Shown here piece after piece: positions 8,921 to 17,026 of a stretch of 33,059 nt of DNA. The notes below the pieces were generated by a model. That model had not been told where the DNA came from. It did no database searches and saw only the letters and a list, made by a program, of their open reading frames with translations. The DNA comes from Deltaproteobacteria bacterium (GTDB taxonomy: Bacteria > Desulfobacterota > Desulfobaccia > Desulfobaccales > 0-14-0-80-60-11). The DNA lies in the NCBI GenBank assembly GCA_037381685.1, contig JARRQO010000023.1, positions 1-33,059 of the forward strand. Reading direction: 5' to 3'. Position numbers and translations under genes: made by a program. The stretch's first letter is position 1; every line of letters starts with the position of its first letter.

Positions 8921-9016
8921 ATATCTTCCTAAAAAATCCTTCCGGGGCCTCCCCTATGAACAGTTTCGTCGGGCAGGCCCCACGCCCGCTCTTAAACGGA
9001 GCGCAAGATAACCGGC

Positions 9017-9125
9017 TTTGAACTTGAACTTGAGACCTGTGCGAAAGTCTCGTGTAGGACAGCCGCCCCCGGCTGTCCACCCTTGGGACCTGCGCAGAGG
9101 CCTCAAATCATAAACCCTGAAAACC
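9017..9125. repeat. Nested palindromic intergenic element (MITE/REP-like) with a central 9-bp-stem hairpin
   Basis: Arms ttgagacctgtgcgaaagtc (9030-9049) and gacctgcgcagaggcctcaa (9087-9106) are inverted. Centre ggacagccg-cccc-cggctgtcc (9057-9078). Left flank is the tandem ttgaac ttgaac. Confidence 0.8.
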
Positions 9126-9137
9126 GGTGTGACACCC

Positions 9138-10529
9138 TTACATCAGGCAGGCTTCACCCTCGACGTTTTTCAAGGGCGGCTGGCCGGTGGATTCGATCAC
9201 GCTGCGCCACAGCGGGGAATCCAGATCCACTTCATTGCGCCGGCCCACCGTGGCTGCGATGGGAATGTGGACGTAATGGCCGTGCCAGCGACTCACCAGC
9301 ATGGCGGTCTTGCCCGCCATCCCCGCGTGGACCGCGTTTTGCCCCAGAAAGCCGCAATAAATCCGGTCATTGTAGTTGGCCGGCATACTGCGGATCAGAT
9401 AACTGGGGTCGATATACTTCAGGTTGATTTCGCTGTTTTGTTGCTTGAAGTAATCTTTGATGGCGTACTGGAGAAAGTGCCCGATATTGCCGGGTTTGAG
9501 GTTGCCCGAAGGGTCCCGTTCCCGGTTTTCCTCGGTGAAATAACGTTGTCCGGCTCCCTCGGCCACCACGATCAGGGCATGATTGCGCTTCTGCAGACGG
9601 TATTCCAGGCTGGCTAACAAACCGCATTCGCCCTCCAGATCGAAGTCCGCCTCGGGAATCAAGGCATAATTGACCTCCCGCAAGGCCAAAGTGGCATTGG
9701 CCGCAATGAAGCCGGAAAAGCGGCCCATGAGTTTCACCAGGCCGATGCCGTTGGGCGCGCCCACCGCTTCGGTATGGGCCGCATGGATGGCTTCGGTGGC
9801 CACTTCCACCGCGGTATCAAACCCGAACGACCGGCTTACCAGGGGTATGTCGTTGTCGATGGTCTTGGGAATTACAATAATCCCGATGCGCAGCTCCCGG
9901 CGGGCAATCTCCCGGCAAATCTCCGCGGCCGCCCTCAAGGTGCCGTCGCCCCCGATGAGGAACAAAATCCGGATGTTGATGCGATCCAGCGCATCCACGA
10001 TCTCCGCGGTGACCTGGGGCCCCCGGGAGCTGGACAGGATCGTGCCTCCGAAGGTATGGATGTTGGCCACACATTCCGGGATGAGGTCCAGCAAGTCATG
10101 GCCGTATTTGGGAATGAACCCCTGAAAACCGTAGCGGACCCCATAAATATGCCGCACCCCGTAAAGGTGATAAAGTTCGAGAACAATGGCCCGGATGACG
10201 TCGTTGGTGCCGGGGCACAAGCCGCCGCAAGTGACGATGGCGCAATGAACCTTGGAAGGATCAAAGTAGATGGTCGACCGGGGCCCGGCCATCTCCAGGG
10301 TGAGAGGGGCCTTGCCCTGCAGGCTTTGCCAATACTCCAGCGAATCATGGACCAGGACCCGATCCGTATCCTCGACATAAGACCTCTTAATTACCTGGCC
10401 ATGCCGGTCCACCATGGAATATTCCCGGATAGGGGATTTTACCTTGGGCTCTCCCAAAGAGGGAATCTCGGTCTCAAAATCCTCAAATTGCAATGGCGAG
10501 CCTTCTCCTTTGGGCTTTTTTGCCATCAT
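9138..10529 (-). CDS. pfk: 6-phosphofructokinase (long PfkA-family form; GGDG motif suggests ATP dependence)
   Basis: AIVTCGGLCPGTNDVIR, FLIGGDGTLRAA, IPKTIDNDI and MGR motifs of phosphofructokinase. Gly rather than Asp in GGDG. 463 aa. Confidence 0.9.
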   Translation of the reverse strand: MMAKKPKGEGSPLQFEDFETEIPSLGEPKVKSPIREYSMVDRHGQVIKRSYVEDTDRVLVHDSLEYWQSLQGKAPLTLEMAGPRSTIYFDPSKVHCAIVTCGGLCPGTNDVIRAIVLELYHLYGVRHIYGVRYGFQGFIPKYGHDLLDLIPECVANIHTFGGTILSSSRGPQVTAEIVDALDRINIRILFLIGGDGTLRAAAEICREIARRELRIGIIVIPKTIDNDIPLVSRSFGFDTAVEVATEAIHAAHTEAVGAPNGIGLVKLMGRFSGFIAANATLALREVNYALIPEADFDLEGECGLLASLEYRLQKRNHALIVVAEGAGQRYFTEENRERDPSGNLKPGNIGHFLQYAIKDYFKQQNSEINLKYIDPSYLIRSMPANYNDRIYCGFLGQNAVHAGMAGKTAMLVSRWHGHYVHIPIAATVGRRNEVDLDSPLWRSVIESTGQPPLKNVEGEACLM

Positions 10530-10640
10530 GGCCCCCCTTTTTCAAGCCTCTTTGTGATAAACGTTCGGCGCCGGTTCACGGGCCGGCATTTTTGGGAATC
10601 TATCTTAAACTTTTCCCGTGCGGGAATACAAGGGCCAAAT

Positions 10641-11699
10641 CTACCAGGTTTGGGTCATCGCCTCCATCTCATCTTTCAGTTCCCGGGCCATTAACTTTTT
10701 TACGGCTTCCTTGGGTGCCAGGCCTTCATAGAGGATCTTGTAAGATGCGGTCACCAGGGGCATTTCCACCCCCAGGCGCTGCGCCAGGGCATATACGGCC
10801 CGGGAAGTCTTCACCCCTTCCGCCACCATGGCCATGCCGGTGAGAATCTGGTCCAGAGAAACGCCCTGCCCCAGCTTCATGCCGACCTGAAAATTGCGGC
10901 TCTGGGTGCTGGTGCAGGTGAGGATCAGGTCTCCCAAGCCGGCCAGGCCCGTGAGGGTCATGGGGTTGGCGCCGAGCCGCGCCCCCAGCCGAACCATTTC
11001 GGCCAGCCCCCGGGTGATGAGCGCCGCCCGGGGATTATCCCCCAGGCCCATGCCTGAAATTATCCCGGTGCCAATGGCAAAGATGTTTTTCAGCGCCCCT
11101 CCCAGCTCCACACCGGTAACGTCGTGGGAGGTGTAGACCCGAAAGTAGGGGGCGGAAAAGGTGCGTTGCAGAAAGTGGGCGATGTCCCGCTGCCGGCAGG
11201 CAATGGTCACCGCGGTGGGCTGTTTCTGGACCACTTCCCGGGCAAAACTGGGACCGGACAGCACCGCGTAAGGCGTCTCCGCCCCCATTTCCTCCCGCAC
11301 CACCCCTTCCATGGTGAGAAGCGAATCGATCTCCATGCCCTTGGTGGCGCTGATCAGCACTGCGCCGGCCGGCCAGTACCGCACCAGATCGCGCCCCACC
11401 TGCCGGAAGCCGTGAGAGGGCACCACCATAAGGATCATCCCGGCCCCGTTTAGGGCCTCGGGAAATTCCCGGGTGAAGCGAATCCGGGAGGACAGACGCA
11501 CCCCGGGCAAAAAGGTTTGGTTGATCCGTTCCCGGCTCAGGACTTCATAGACCTCGGGCTCCCTGACCCAAAGGCGGACGGTTAGTCCCTTTTCCGCCAA
11601 AAGCTGCGCCAGCGCGGTGCCCCAACTGCCGGCGCCGATTACGGCAATGGTTTTGGCCTCAGGAGATTCCAAGTTTGGATTCAACCTCGCCGTTACCAT
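10641..11699 (-). CDS. gpsA: NAD(P)H-dependent glycerol-3-phosphate dehydrogenase
   Basis: [14 protein letters not shown] Rossmann motif. [13 protein letters not shown] and [11 protein letters not shown] motifs. The ATG at 11699 overlaps the gyrA 3' end by 41 nt; an internal TTG (about 11672) is an alternative start. Confidence 0.9.
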   Translation of the reverse strand: MVTARLNPNLESPEAKTIAVIGAGSWGTALAQLLAEKGLTVRLWVREPEVYEVLSRERINQTFLPGVRLSSRIRFTREFPEALNGAGMILMVVPSHGFRQVGRDLVRYWPAGAVLISATKGMEIDSLLTMEGVVREEMGAETPYAVLSGPSFAREVVQKQPTAVTIACRQRDIAHFLQRTFSAPYFRVYTSHDVTGVELGGALKNIFAIGTGIISGMGLGDNPRAALITRGLAEMVRLGARLGANPMTLTGLAGLGDLILTCTSTQSRNFQVGMKLGQGVSLDQILTGMAMVAEGVKTSRAVYALAQRLGVEMPLVTASYKILYEGLAPKEAVKKLMARELKDEMEAMTQTW

Positions 11700-13998
11700 T
11701 TTTTTCCGCCACCTTGGCTACACTTACCACCTTCTCTTCCGCCTCCAGGTCCATGAGCTTAACTCCCTGGGTGACCCGGCCGATCAAAGATATGCCTTGG
11801 GCCAGCATGCGCAAAATTTTACCACCATCGGTGACCAGCATGATTTCATCATCGCCGAACACTTGGAGGATGCTCATAATGGGGCCGTTGCGTTTGGTAA
11901 TATCCAGCCCCTTGACCCCCTGGCCGCCCCGGTGGTGCTCCGGATACTTCTTCGGGTCAGTGCGCTTGCCAAAGCCCCGTTCCGTCACCGTGAGGATGGT
12001 GCCCCCGGTACGTAACACTTCCATGCCCACCACCCGGTCCTCGGGGAGCACTTCCATGCCCTTGACTCCTCGGGCGATGCGGCCCATGTCCCGGACCTCC
12101 GACGACGCGAAGCGAATAATCTTGCCCAACTTGGTGCCCATCAGGATACTCTGCTCAGGTTCACTCATTCTAACGCTCACCAGTTCGTCCTCGGCGTCCA
12201 GGCTAATGGCAATAATGCCGCCGCTGCGAGGCCGTTGGAAGTTGGTCAGCTCGGTTTTCTTGATGGTCCCCCGCCGGGTGGCCATTACCACGGATACTCC
12301 CGGGTTAAATTCCCGCACCGACAGGATGGTGGCCAATTTTTCGCCTTCTCCCAACTGCAGCAGGTTGACGATGGCCTTGCCTTGAGCCGAAGGCGAGCCG
12401 ACGGGAATTTCGTGGACCTTCAGCCAAAACACCCGGCCTTTGCTGGTGAACACCAGAAAATAGTTGTGGGTGGAGGCGATGTACAGTTGGGAAACGAAAT
12501 CGTTTTCCCGGGTAACCATGCCCATGCGGCCTTTACCGCCCCGGCGCTGACTGCGGTAAATGGTCAGGGGGGTGCGCTTGATGTAACCCCGATGGCTGAT
12601 GGTCACCACCATCTCTTCATCGGCGATCAGGTCTTCCGCGGTGATATCCTGGGCCTGAGGCACGATATCGGTGCGCCGCTCGTCACCGTAGCGTTCCTTC
12701 AATTCAGTCAATTCCTGGGCGATGAGGGCCTTGACTTCGGTCTCTTCCGCCAGAATCCGGCGCAACCGGGCCATGTTCTCGGCCACCGCCTGGGCCTCCT
12801 GCACGATCTTTTGGCGTTCCATCCCCGTGAGTCGCTGCAACCGCATATCCAAAATGGCCTGGGCCTGAGTCTCGGACAGAGCATAGCGGCTCCGGGTTTC
12901 CTCCAAACTGAGGATATCCGGGGCCTCCTGGATGAACATACCGGCCATCAACTGCTGCTTGGCTTCCGGGGGATTGGCTGCGGCCCGGATAAGATCGATG
13001 ACCTGGTCCAGAAAATCCAGGGCAATGAGCAGGCCGTCCAGAATATGGGCCCGGGCCTCCGCCTGCTTCAACTCATAACGGGTGCGCCGGAGGATCACTT
13101 CCCGGCGGTGCTCCAGAAAATGCTGCAGCAGGTCCTTGAGGCTTAACAATTCCGGCCGGTTGTGGACGATGGCCACCAGATTGATGCCAAAGGTGACCTG
13201 CATCTGCGTGTGGAGATATAGCTGGTTCAGGATGGGTTGCGGCAGTTCATCCTTTTTGAGGAGGATCGCCACCCGCAGGCCTTCCCGGTCCGATTCATCC
13301 CGGATATCGGAGATGCCTTCCACCTTCTTGTCTTTCACCAACTCGGCGATGCGCTCAATCAGCCGGGCCTTGTTCACCTGATAGGGCAGCTCCCGGATAA
13401 TCAGGCTTTCCCGGCCACCTTTGCGCTCCACCGTCACCTTGGCCCGGAGGCGGATGAGCCCCCGGCCGGTGCGATAGGCCTCGGCAATGCCTTCGGCCCC
13501 GTAAATAAAGGCTCCGGTGGGGAAATCCGGCCCCGGCAGGATGGCCATCAGTTTTTCCAGGCTAATCTCCGGATTTTTGAGGCTGGCCAGGAGCGCGTCG
13601 CAAACCTCGCCCAGGTTATGGGGCGGGATGTTGGTGGCCATGCCCACGGCAATGCCCGAGCCCCCGTTGACCAGCAGGTTCGGCAGGCGGGTGGGCAGCA
13701 CCAGCGGCTCTTTGAGGGAGCCGTCGTAGTTGCCCACGAAATCCACCGTGTCTTTGTCCAGGTCCTGGAGCAGCTCGTGGGCCAGCCGGGTTAGCCTAAC
13801 CTCGGTGTAACGCATGGCCGCGGGCGCATCCCCGTCAATGGACCCGAAGTTGCCCTGGCCGTCCACCAGCGGATAGCGCAGGGAAAAGTCCTGGGCCATG
13901 CGCACGATGGCGTCATAGACCGCGGTGTCATCCTCAATGTTGATAGGTACCGCGTGTGCTTCCATCATATTGAATAGACTCTGTTGTTTGTTGTCCAT
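11659..13998 (-). CDS. gyrA: DNA gyrase subunit A homologue with an in-frame loss of the conserved N-terminal block (possibly defective, chimeric, or an assembly artefact)
   Basis: [45 protein letters not shown] (catalytic Tyr), [23 protein letters not shown], and a C-terminal beta-pinwheel with repeated G-rich blades. The N-terminus reads [24 protein letters not shown] directly fused to the GyrA residue-82 equivalent. No SD precedes the ATG. Confidence 0.85.
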   Translation of the reverse strand: MDNKQQSLFNMMEAHAVPINIEDDTAVYDAIVRMAQDFSLRYPLVDGQGNFGSIDGDAPAAMRYTEVRLTRLAHELLQDLDKDTVDFVGNYDGSLKEPLVLPTRLPNLLVNGGSGIAVGMATNIPPHNLGEVCDALLASLKNPEISLEKLMAILPGPDFPTGAFIYGAEGIAEAYRTGRGLIRLRAKVTVERKGGRESLIIRELPYQVNKARLIERIAELVKDKKVEGISDIRDESDREGLRVAILLKKDELPQPILNQLYLHTQMQVTFGINLVAIVHNRPELLSLKDLLQHFLEHRREVILRRTRYELKQAEARAHILDGLLIALDFLDQVIDLIRAAANPPEAKQQLMAGMFIQEAPDILSLEETRSRYALSETQAQAILDMRLQRLTGMERQKIVQEAQAVAENMARLRRILAEETEVKALIAQELTELKERYGDERRTDIVPQAQDITAEDLIADEEMVVTISHRGYIKRTPLTIYRSQRRGGKGRMGMVTRENDFVSQLYIASTHNYFLVFTSKGRVFWLKVHEIPVGSPSAQGKAIVNLLQLGEGEKLATILSVREFNPGVSVVMATRRGTIKKTELTNFQRPRSGGIIAISLDAEDELVSVRMSEPEQSILMGTKLGKIIRFASSEVRDMGRIARGVKGMEVLPEDRVVGMEVLRTGGTILTVTERGFGKRTDPKKYPEHHRGGQGVKGLDITKRNGPIMSILQVFGDDEIMLVTDGGKILRMLAQGISLIGRVTQGVKLMDLEAEEKVVSVAKVAEKNGNGEVESKLGIS
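13934..13992. repeat. 59-bp direct repeat, copy A (equals the first ~22 codons of the gyrA ORF)
   Basis: tcaatgttgataggtaccgCgtgtgcttccatcatAttgaatagactctgttgtttgtt. Two mismatches to copy B. Weaker homology continues to the ATG at 13998. Confidence 0.95.
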
Positions 13999-14000
13999 TT

Positions 14001-14047
14001 TCTGTATTTATCTGCGTCCATCTGCGGCTTTAAATCTCAACCGCCGA
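14001..14047. repeat. CGCAGATG-type leader motif, degenerate copy immediately 5' of the gyrA start codon
   Basis: Minus strand: ccatcggcggttgagatttaaagccgcagatggacgcagataaatacagaaaATG. It aligns with the MNT leader (..tctgcggttaaatgaaagcgcagatgggcgcagatgaatacaga..). Confidence 0.85.
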
Positions 14048-14078
14048 TGGACCGGGATTAGCTTATTAACTGCTGCTC

Positions 14079-14101
14079 GTTCCCAAGCCCAACTTGGGAA
14101 C
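14079..14101 (-). terminator. Stem-loop gttcccaag-cccaa-cttgggaac 18 nt downstream of the hicA stop (no U-tract)
   Basis: Perfect 9-bp stem read from the sequence. The lack of a T-run makes intrinsic-terminator function uncertain. Confidence 0.3.
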
Positions 14102-14118
14102 CAGGGGGAAATCAGTAA

Positions 14119-14340
14119 CTACAATTCAAATTCACTCCGTGGAATCCCAGACTGTCGAATAATTGATTGCAGCGTTCCTATTCTAAGTTCGGCATGATCA
14201 ACAACTGGAATAGTAATCGTACTGCCCGGAACCATCTTCTGCATAAGAAGATGGCTGCCTCGCTGGCGAACTTCTTTGAATCCGTGATTCGATAAGATTC
14301 GGCAGACCTCTTTGCCGGAAAGAACGCGAAGTTTACCCAA
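14119..14340 (-). CDS. hicA: HicA-family mRNA interferase toxin (type II TA)
   Basis: MGKLRVLSGKEVCRILSNHGFKEVRQRGSHLLM matches the HicA/YcfA pattern (SGKE...GF...RQxGSH). TTG start with GAGG 7 nt upstream. 8-nt overlap with hicB. Confidence 0.85.
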   Translation of the reverse strand: MGKLRVLSGKEVCRILSNHGFKEVRQRGSHLLMQKMVPGSTITIPVVDHAELRIGTLQSIIRQSGIPRSEFEL

Positions 14341-14554
14341 CCGCTACCTCAACCTGGGTAATATAGACCTCTTCCCGGAGACGGTCTTTAATCTCCTCTT
14401 TAGATGCTGTCTCAAAAAACAGTTCCAAGGCTTCCTGGAGATTTTTCCGCGCTGCCTCGATGGTATCTCCCTGGCTGGCTATATCAAGTTCCGGACACAG
14501 AGATACATAGCCATTGCCTTCCCGTTCAATGATGGCGGTAAGTTGGCGCTTCAT
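14333..14554 (-). CDS. hicB: HicB-family antitoxin (short, UPF0150-type, no obvious DNA-binding extension)
   Basis: TAIIEREGNGYVSLCPELDIASQGDTIEAARKNLQEALELFFE is the typical HicB partial-RNase-H-fold core. GGAG RBS. Translationally coupled to hicA. Confidence 0.75.
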   Translation of the reverse strand: MKRQLTAIIEREGNGYVSLCPELDIASQGDTIEAARKNLQEALELFFETASKEEIKDRLREEVYITQVEVAVG

Positions 14555-14676
14555 GGTTTCTCCGATCTAATTTGCTGGTTTCTTTGCCCTCGGATAACCC
14601 ACAAGGCCATGCGAGTAGTCTTAACATAGTCTCTTTCCAATCTTTACCTGGAGGAATATTTCACTTTTTAGACTCT

Positions 14677-14735
14677 TCAATGTTGATAGGTACCGTGTGT
14701 GCTTCCATCATGTTGAATAGACTCTGTTGTTTGTT
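14677..14735. repeat. 59-bp direct repeat, copy B (between the ATPase stop and the hicB start)
   Basis: tcaatgttgataggtaccgTgtgtgcttccatcatGttgaatagactctgttgtttgtt. Minus-strand reading is ..[28 protein letters not shown]. It has CTG in place of the ATG and a 6-nt indel relative to copy A. Confidence 0.95.
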
Positions 14736-14780
14736 TGAAATGTCCAGGGTTGATCACCTAATATTTATATCAGCAATTAA

Positions 14781-16613
14781 TTAATTGGTGAAAGAAGAGA
14801 AGTGTTCAAATATTTCAATAACTTCTGCGAAGACACCAAAATCTTGCTTCTCTGCTTCACGGAGATAAAGCATCTTTAATCGGCCTATATCGAGTCTTGC
14901 TTGGGAAGCGAAGATTTTTATTATTTGGCGACCAGGAATTAGGTATTTCCAAAGATTATTTCCGTCCGCAAGGCTATTTTCCAATACTTGGAATTTTTCA
15001 GCAACAACTTGATTTATTATGCTTGCGTCAAGTTCACTGGTAATGCGCCCCTGCTCTTCGGAAGCTCGTCCTGAAATCAAATCTAATAACTCTTCTTTCG
15101 ATCGTTTATGGCAATCCTTGGCCATTAAATCAATATTACCGGCCTGCTGCCGGAAGATTGTGGAAACTTGTAGGGAAACTGCATAAGAAATAGTACTACG
15201 CGCGATCTCGCGAAGTCTTTTTAGAATTTCTTCCGGCGAAATTAGCCAAGATTCCTCAGATTCCATCTGAGAGAAAATTTGAGCTAGGATTTGCTCATCA
15301 AGGAAGTAATTTTCCAAATGATATCTTGGAAGTACACGGAAACGATCAAGAGCTCTGCTTCCTTCTAGCGGCTCTGAAGGTGAGGAAGGCGAGGTATCAC
15401 CATCACAAAGCATAAAAAAATCAACACCCCAAATTGTTTTCTCAAGTACCTGGGAAGATATTGTAGAAAAAGAGATGATGGTTGCCTTTCCTCCACTGGG
15501 AACTAAAACCAAGTTTGGAAATTTGTTTTTTATGATTGAGCCATAAACTAACTTGTCAAGACTGGCGTTCGTCCCTTCAATGAGCACTATACGCCTTCCT
15601 AATGCTACTATCCCTATAGATTGACCAAGTAAACGCAATGCTTGGTTTGTTTCATCATCCGAAGTAACAAGAATGGCTTGATTGGTCCCGGAATCATTGG
15701 GAGGAGCGATAAAAATCACGGAATGTTCAAGTGAAGCTGTAATGATGTCTGGAGAATGTGTGCAAAAGATAAATTGGTTTTTTTCCCCTATAGTTTCCAG
15801 AGTTCTCATTAGCTTAAAACTTAATTCAGGGTGCAAGTGCAATTCTGGTTCATCAAAAATCACAATGCTGTGAGAGGGTCTCCTGAGAAGGAAGTCAAAA
15901 ACGATGTTTACTACTTCCTGCTCACCGGAGCTAAGAGTTGTAACAGGAAATTGTTTTCCCTCGCATGCATAATCGAGGTGAGTCTTTTTTAAATCAGGGC
16001 TTAACAATTCCTTTGGTGAGAGGAGCTGACTGAAAGCCCGCTTAAATGGTTCTAAAGGGTCCTTGAAATTTAATTCCATGGAAGTCTCGCCTTGGAGCAT
16101 AAGCTCCTCGGCTTTTTTAGCAATACGGTCTCTTTGGCTCTGGACTTTGCGAAAAATTGAATGCAAGGTGTCTTGGAAGCGAGATTTAAGTCCTTCAAAT
16201 GTTGTATTCCAACCAATATTCTCTTCATATGGATCTTTAATATCCCATGAGAATTTGAAGGGAGTGATCTTCTGTATTGAACGGTCGCTTTCGAAGTTAA
16301 TTATACTGCTCCTCCATTTTGTCCGAAGGCGACCTTTGTGCAGAATGCCCTGGAGCCTCAATGCATCCTTTGGATCGCTAGTATCAATTTCCTTCTTGCC
16401 CCAATCCTTGATTTCTTCAGCAGTGGTCGCATGAATGACAAGCTGTATATTTTTCCTCGAAGTTGGATTCTGAAAATAATAAAGTAGGGCTTGTGCCAAT
16501 CGTGTCTTGCCTACCCCGTTCGGACCAGCAAGCACAATAATATTTGATAGCTCACCTGCTTCAAAACTTTTGATAGGTGGAACGTCTTTTACTGAGATAT
16601 GCGTTAATCGCAT
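14781..16613 (-). CDS. ABC-type (SMC/RecF-like, AAA_15/21-type) ATPase fused to a DUF4435/TOPRIM-like C-terminal module; OLD-family / single-polypeptide PARIS (AriA-AriB)-like candidate defence protein
   Basis: Walker A VLAGPNGVGKT; signature LSSGEQ; Walker B/D-loop IVIFDEPELHLHP; H-loop FCTHSP. C-terminal half has RRIVLIEGTNASLDK, VLVPSGGK, FFMLCDGD and LPRYHLENYFLD (Glu / DxD / ENY pattern of TOPRIM-like DUF4435). About 40% GC against a roughly 60% GC host. Confidence 0.7.
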   Translation of the reverse strand: MRLTHISVKDVPPIKSFEAGELSNIIVLAGPNGVGKTRLAQALLYYFQNPTSRKNIQLVIHATTAEEIKDWGKKEIDTSDPKDALRLQGILHKGRLRTKWRSSIINFESDRSIQKITPFKFSWDIKDPYEENIGWNTTFEGLKSRFQDTLHSIFRKVQSQRDRIAKKAEELMLQGETSMELNFKDPLEPFKRAFSQLLSPKELLSPDLKKTHLDYACEGKQFPVTTLSSGEQEVVNIVFDFLLRRPSHSIVIFDEPELHLHPELSFKLMRTLETIGEKNQFIFCTHSPDIITASLEHSVIFIAPPNDSGTNQAILVTSDDETNQALRLLGQSIGIVALGRRIVLIEGTNASLDKLVYGSIIKNKFPNLVLVPSGGKATIISFSTISSQVLEKTIWGVDFFMLCDGDTSPSSPSEPLEGSRALDRFRVLPRYHLENYFLDEQILAQIFSQMESEESWLISPEEILKRLREIARSTISYAVSLQVSTIFRQQAGNIDLMAKDCHKRSKEELLDLISGRASEEQGRITSELDASIINQVVAEKFQVLENSLADGNNLWKYLIPGRQIIKIFASQARLDIGRLKMLYLREAEKQDFGVFAEVIEIFEHFSSFTN

Positions 16614-16635
16614 TCTAAATTATCCTCTGGAAAAT

Positions 16636-16941
16636 CTAAGCGGCATACACAACCTCTTTGGTCGTCAAGATATTATGACGCCGAAACGGATTGCGAATAG
16701 CATCTTTTTCTACCAAGTCGACTTCATGGCCCAAAATTGCCGCCAGCTCATCCGACATCTCCACCCGGTTATCGAACATGATTCCTCCATCCGGTTCAAA
16801 AGTCACCAGCACATCCACATCACTATCAGTCCGAAAATCATCCCGCAGCACCGACCCGAACAGCGCCAATTCTTTGATCTTCCAGCGACGGCAGAAGTCT
16901 TCGATCTGCTTTAAGGGAATATTAATTTTGGCTTGAGGCAT
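16636..16941 (-). CDS. Minimal nucleotidyltransferase (MNT / MntA-like, Pol-beta superfamily) lacking an adjacent HEPN partner
   Basis: LALFGSVLRDDFRTDSDVDVLVTF is the GSx(10)DxD signature of MNT antitoxins. 101 aa. The stop lies 22 nt upstream of the ATPase start, which has its own GAGGA RBS. Confidence 0.85.
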   Translation of the reverse strand: MPQAKINIPLKQIEDFCRRWKIKELALFGSVLRDDFRTDSDVDVLVTFEPDGGIMFDNRVEMSDELAAILGHEVDLVEKDAIRNPFRRHNILTTKEVVYAA

Positions 16942-16961
16942 TTTTAGCTTAATCTGTATTC

Positions 16962-17007
16962 ATCTGCGCCCATCTGCGCTTTCATTTAACCGCAGATTAA
17001 CGCAGAT
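16962..17007. repeat. Double-stem hairpin ATCTGCG-ccc-ATCTGCG-(12 nt)-CGCAGAT-taa-CGCAGAT between the GxxExxY stop and the MNT start
   Basis: Read directly: two 7-nt arms are repeated on each side and are perfectly complementary. Located 3' of the GxxExxY gene and 5' of the MNT gene on the minus strand. Confidence 0.9.
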
Positions 17008-17026
17008 AAGAGCTGATAAACACGGA

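Noticed and set aside
13925-13998. Intein or split-intein explanation for the missing GyrA segment
   Set aside because: There are no intein blocks: no Cys/Ser/Thr +1 after an HN, and no ~130+ aa insertion. Sequence is missing, not inserted, and no N-terminal gyrA fragment is encoded in the window. Known GyrA inteins sit at the catalytic Tyr, not here.
13934-14735. Integron gene cassette / attC (59-base-element) interpretation of the 59-bp repeats around hicBA
   Set aside because: There is no intI integrase. The repeat has only a weak internal inverted repeat (tcaatgttgat / atcatattga) and no convincing RYYYAAC / GTTRRRY core sites. The 59-bp length is coincidental.
13925-14784. Two + strand ORFs (13925-14197 and 14572-14784) that share the peptide SSMLIGT(A/V)CASI(I/M)LNRLCCL
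   Set aside because: The shared peptide is simply the antisense translation of the 59-bp direct repeat. Neither ORF has an RBS or family similarity, and both overlap real minus-strand features.
15000-15300. HEPN domain hidden in the C-terminal tail of the 610-aa ATPase (as a partner for the MNT)
   Set aside because: No Rx4-6H motif is visible in residues ~470-610. This cannot be excluded without a profile or structure search, so I list it as a check rather than a claim.
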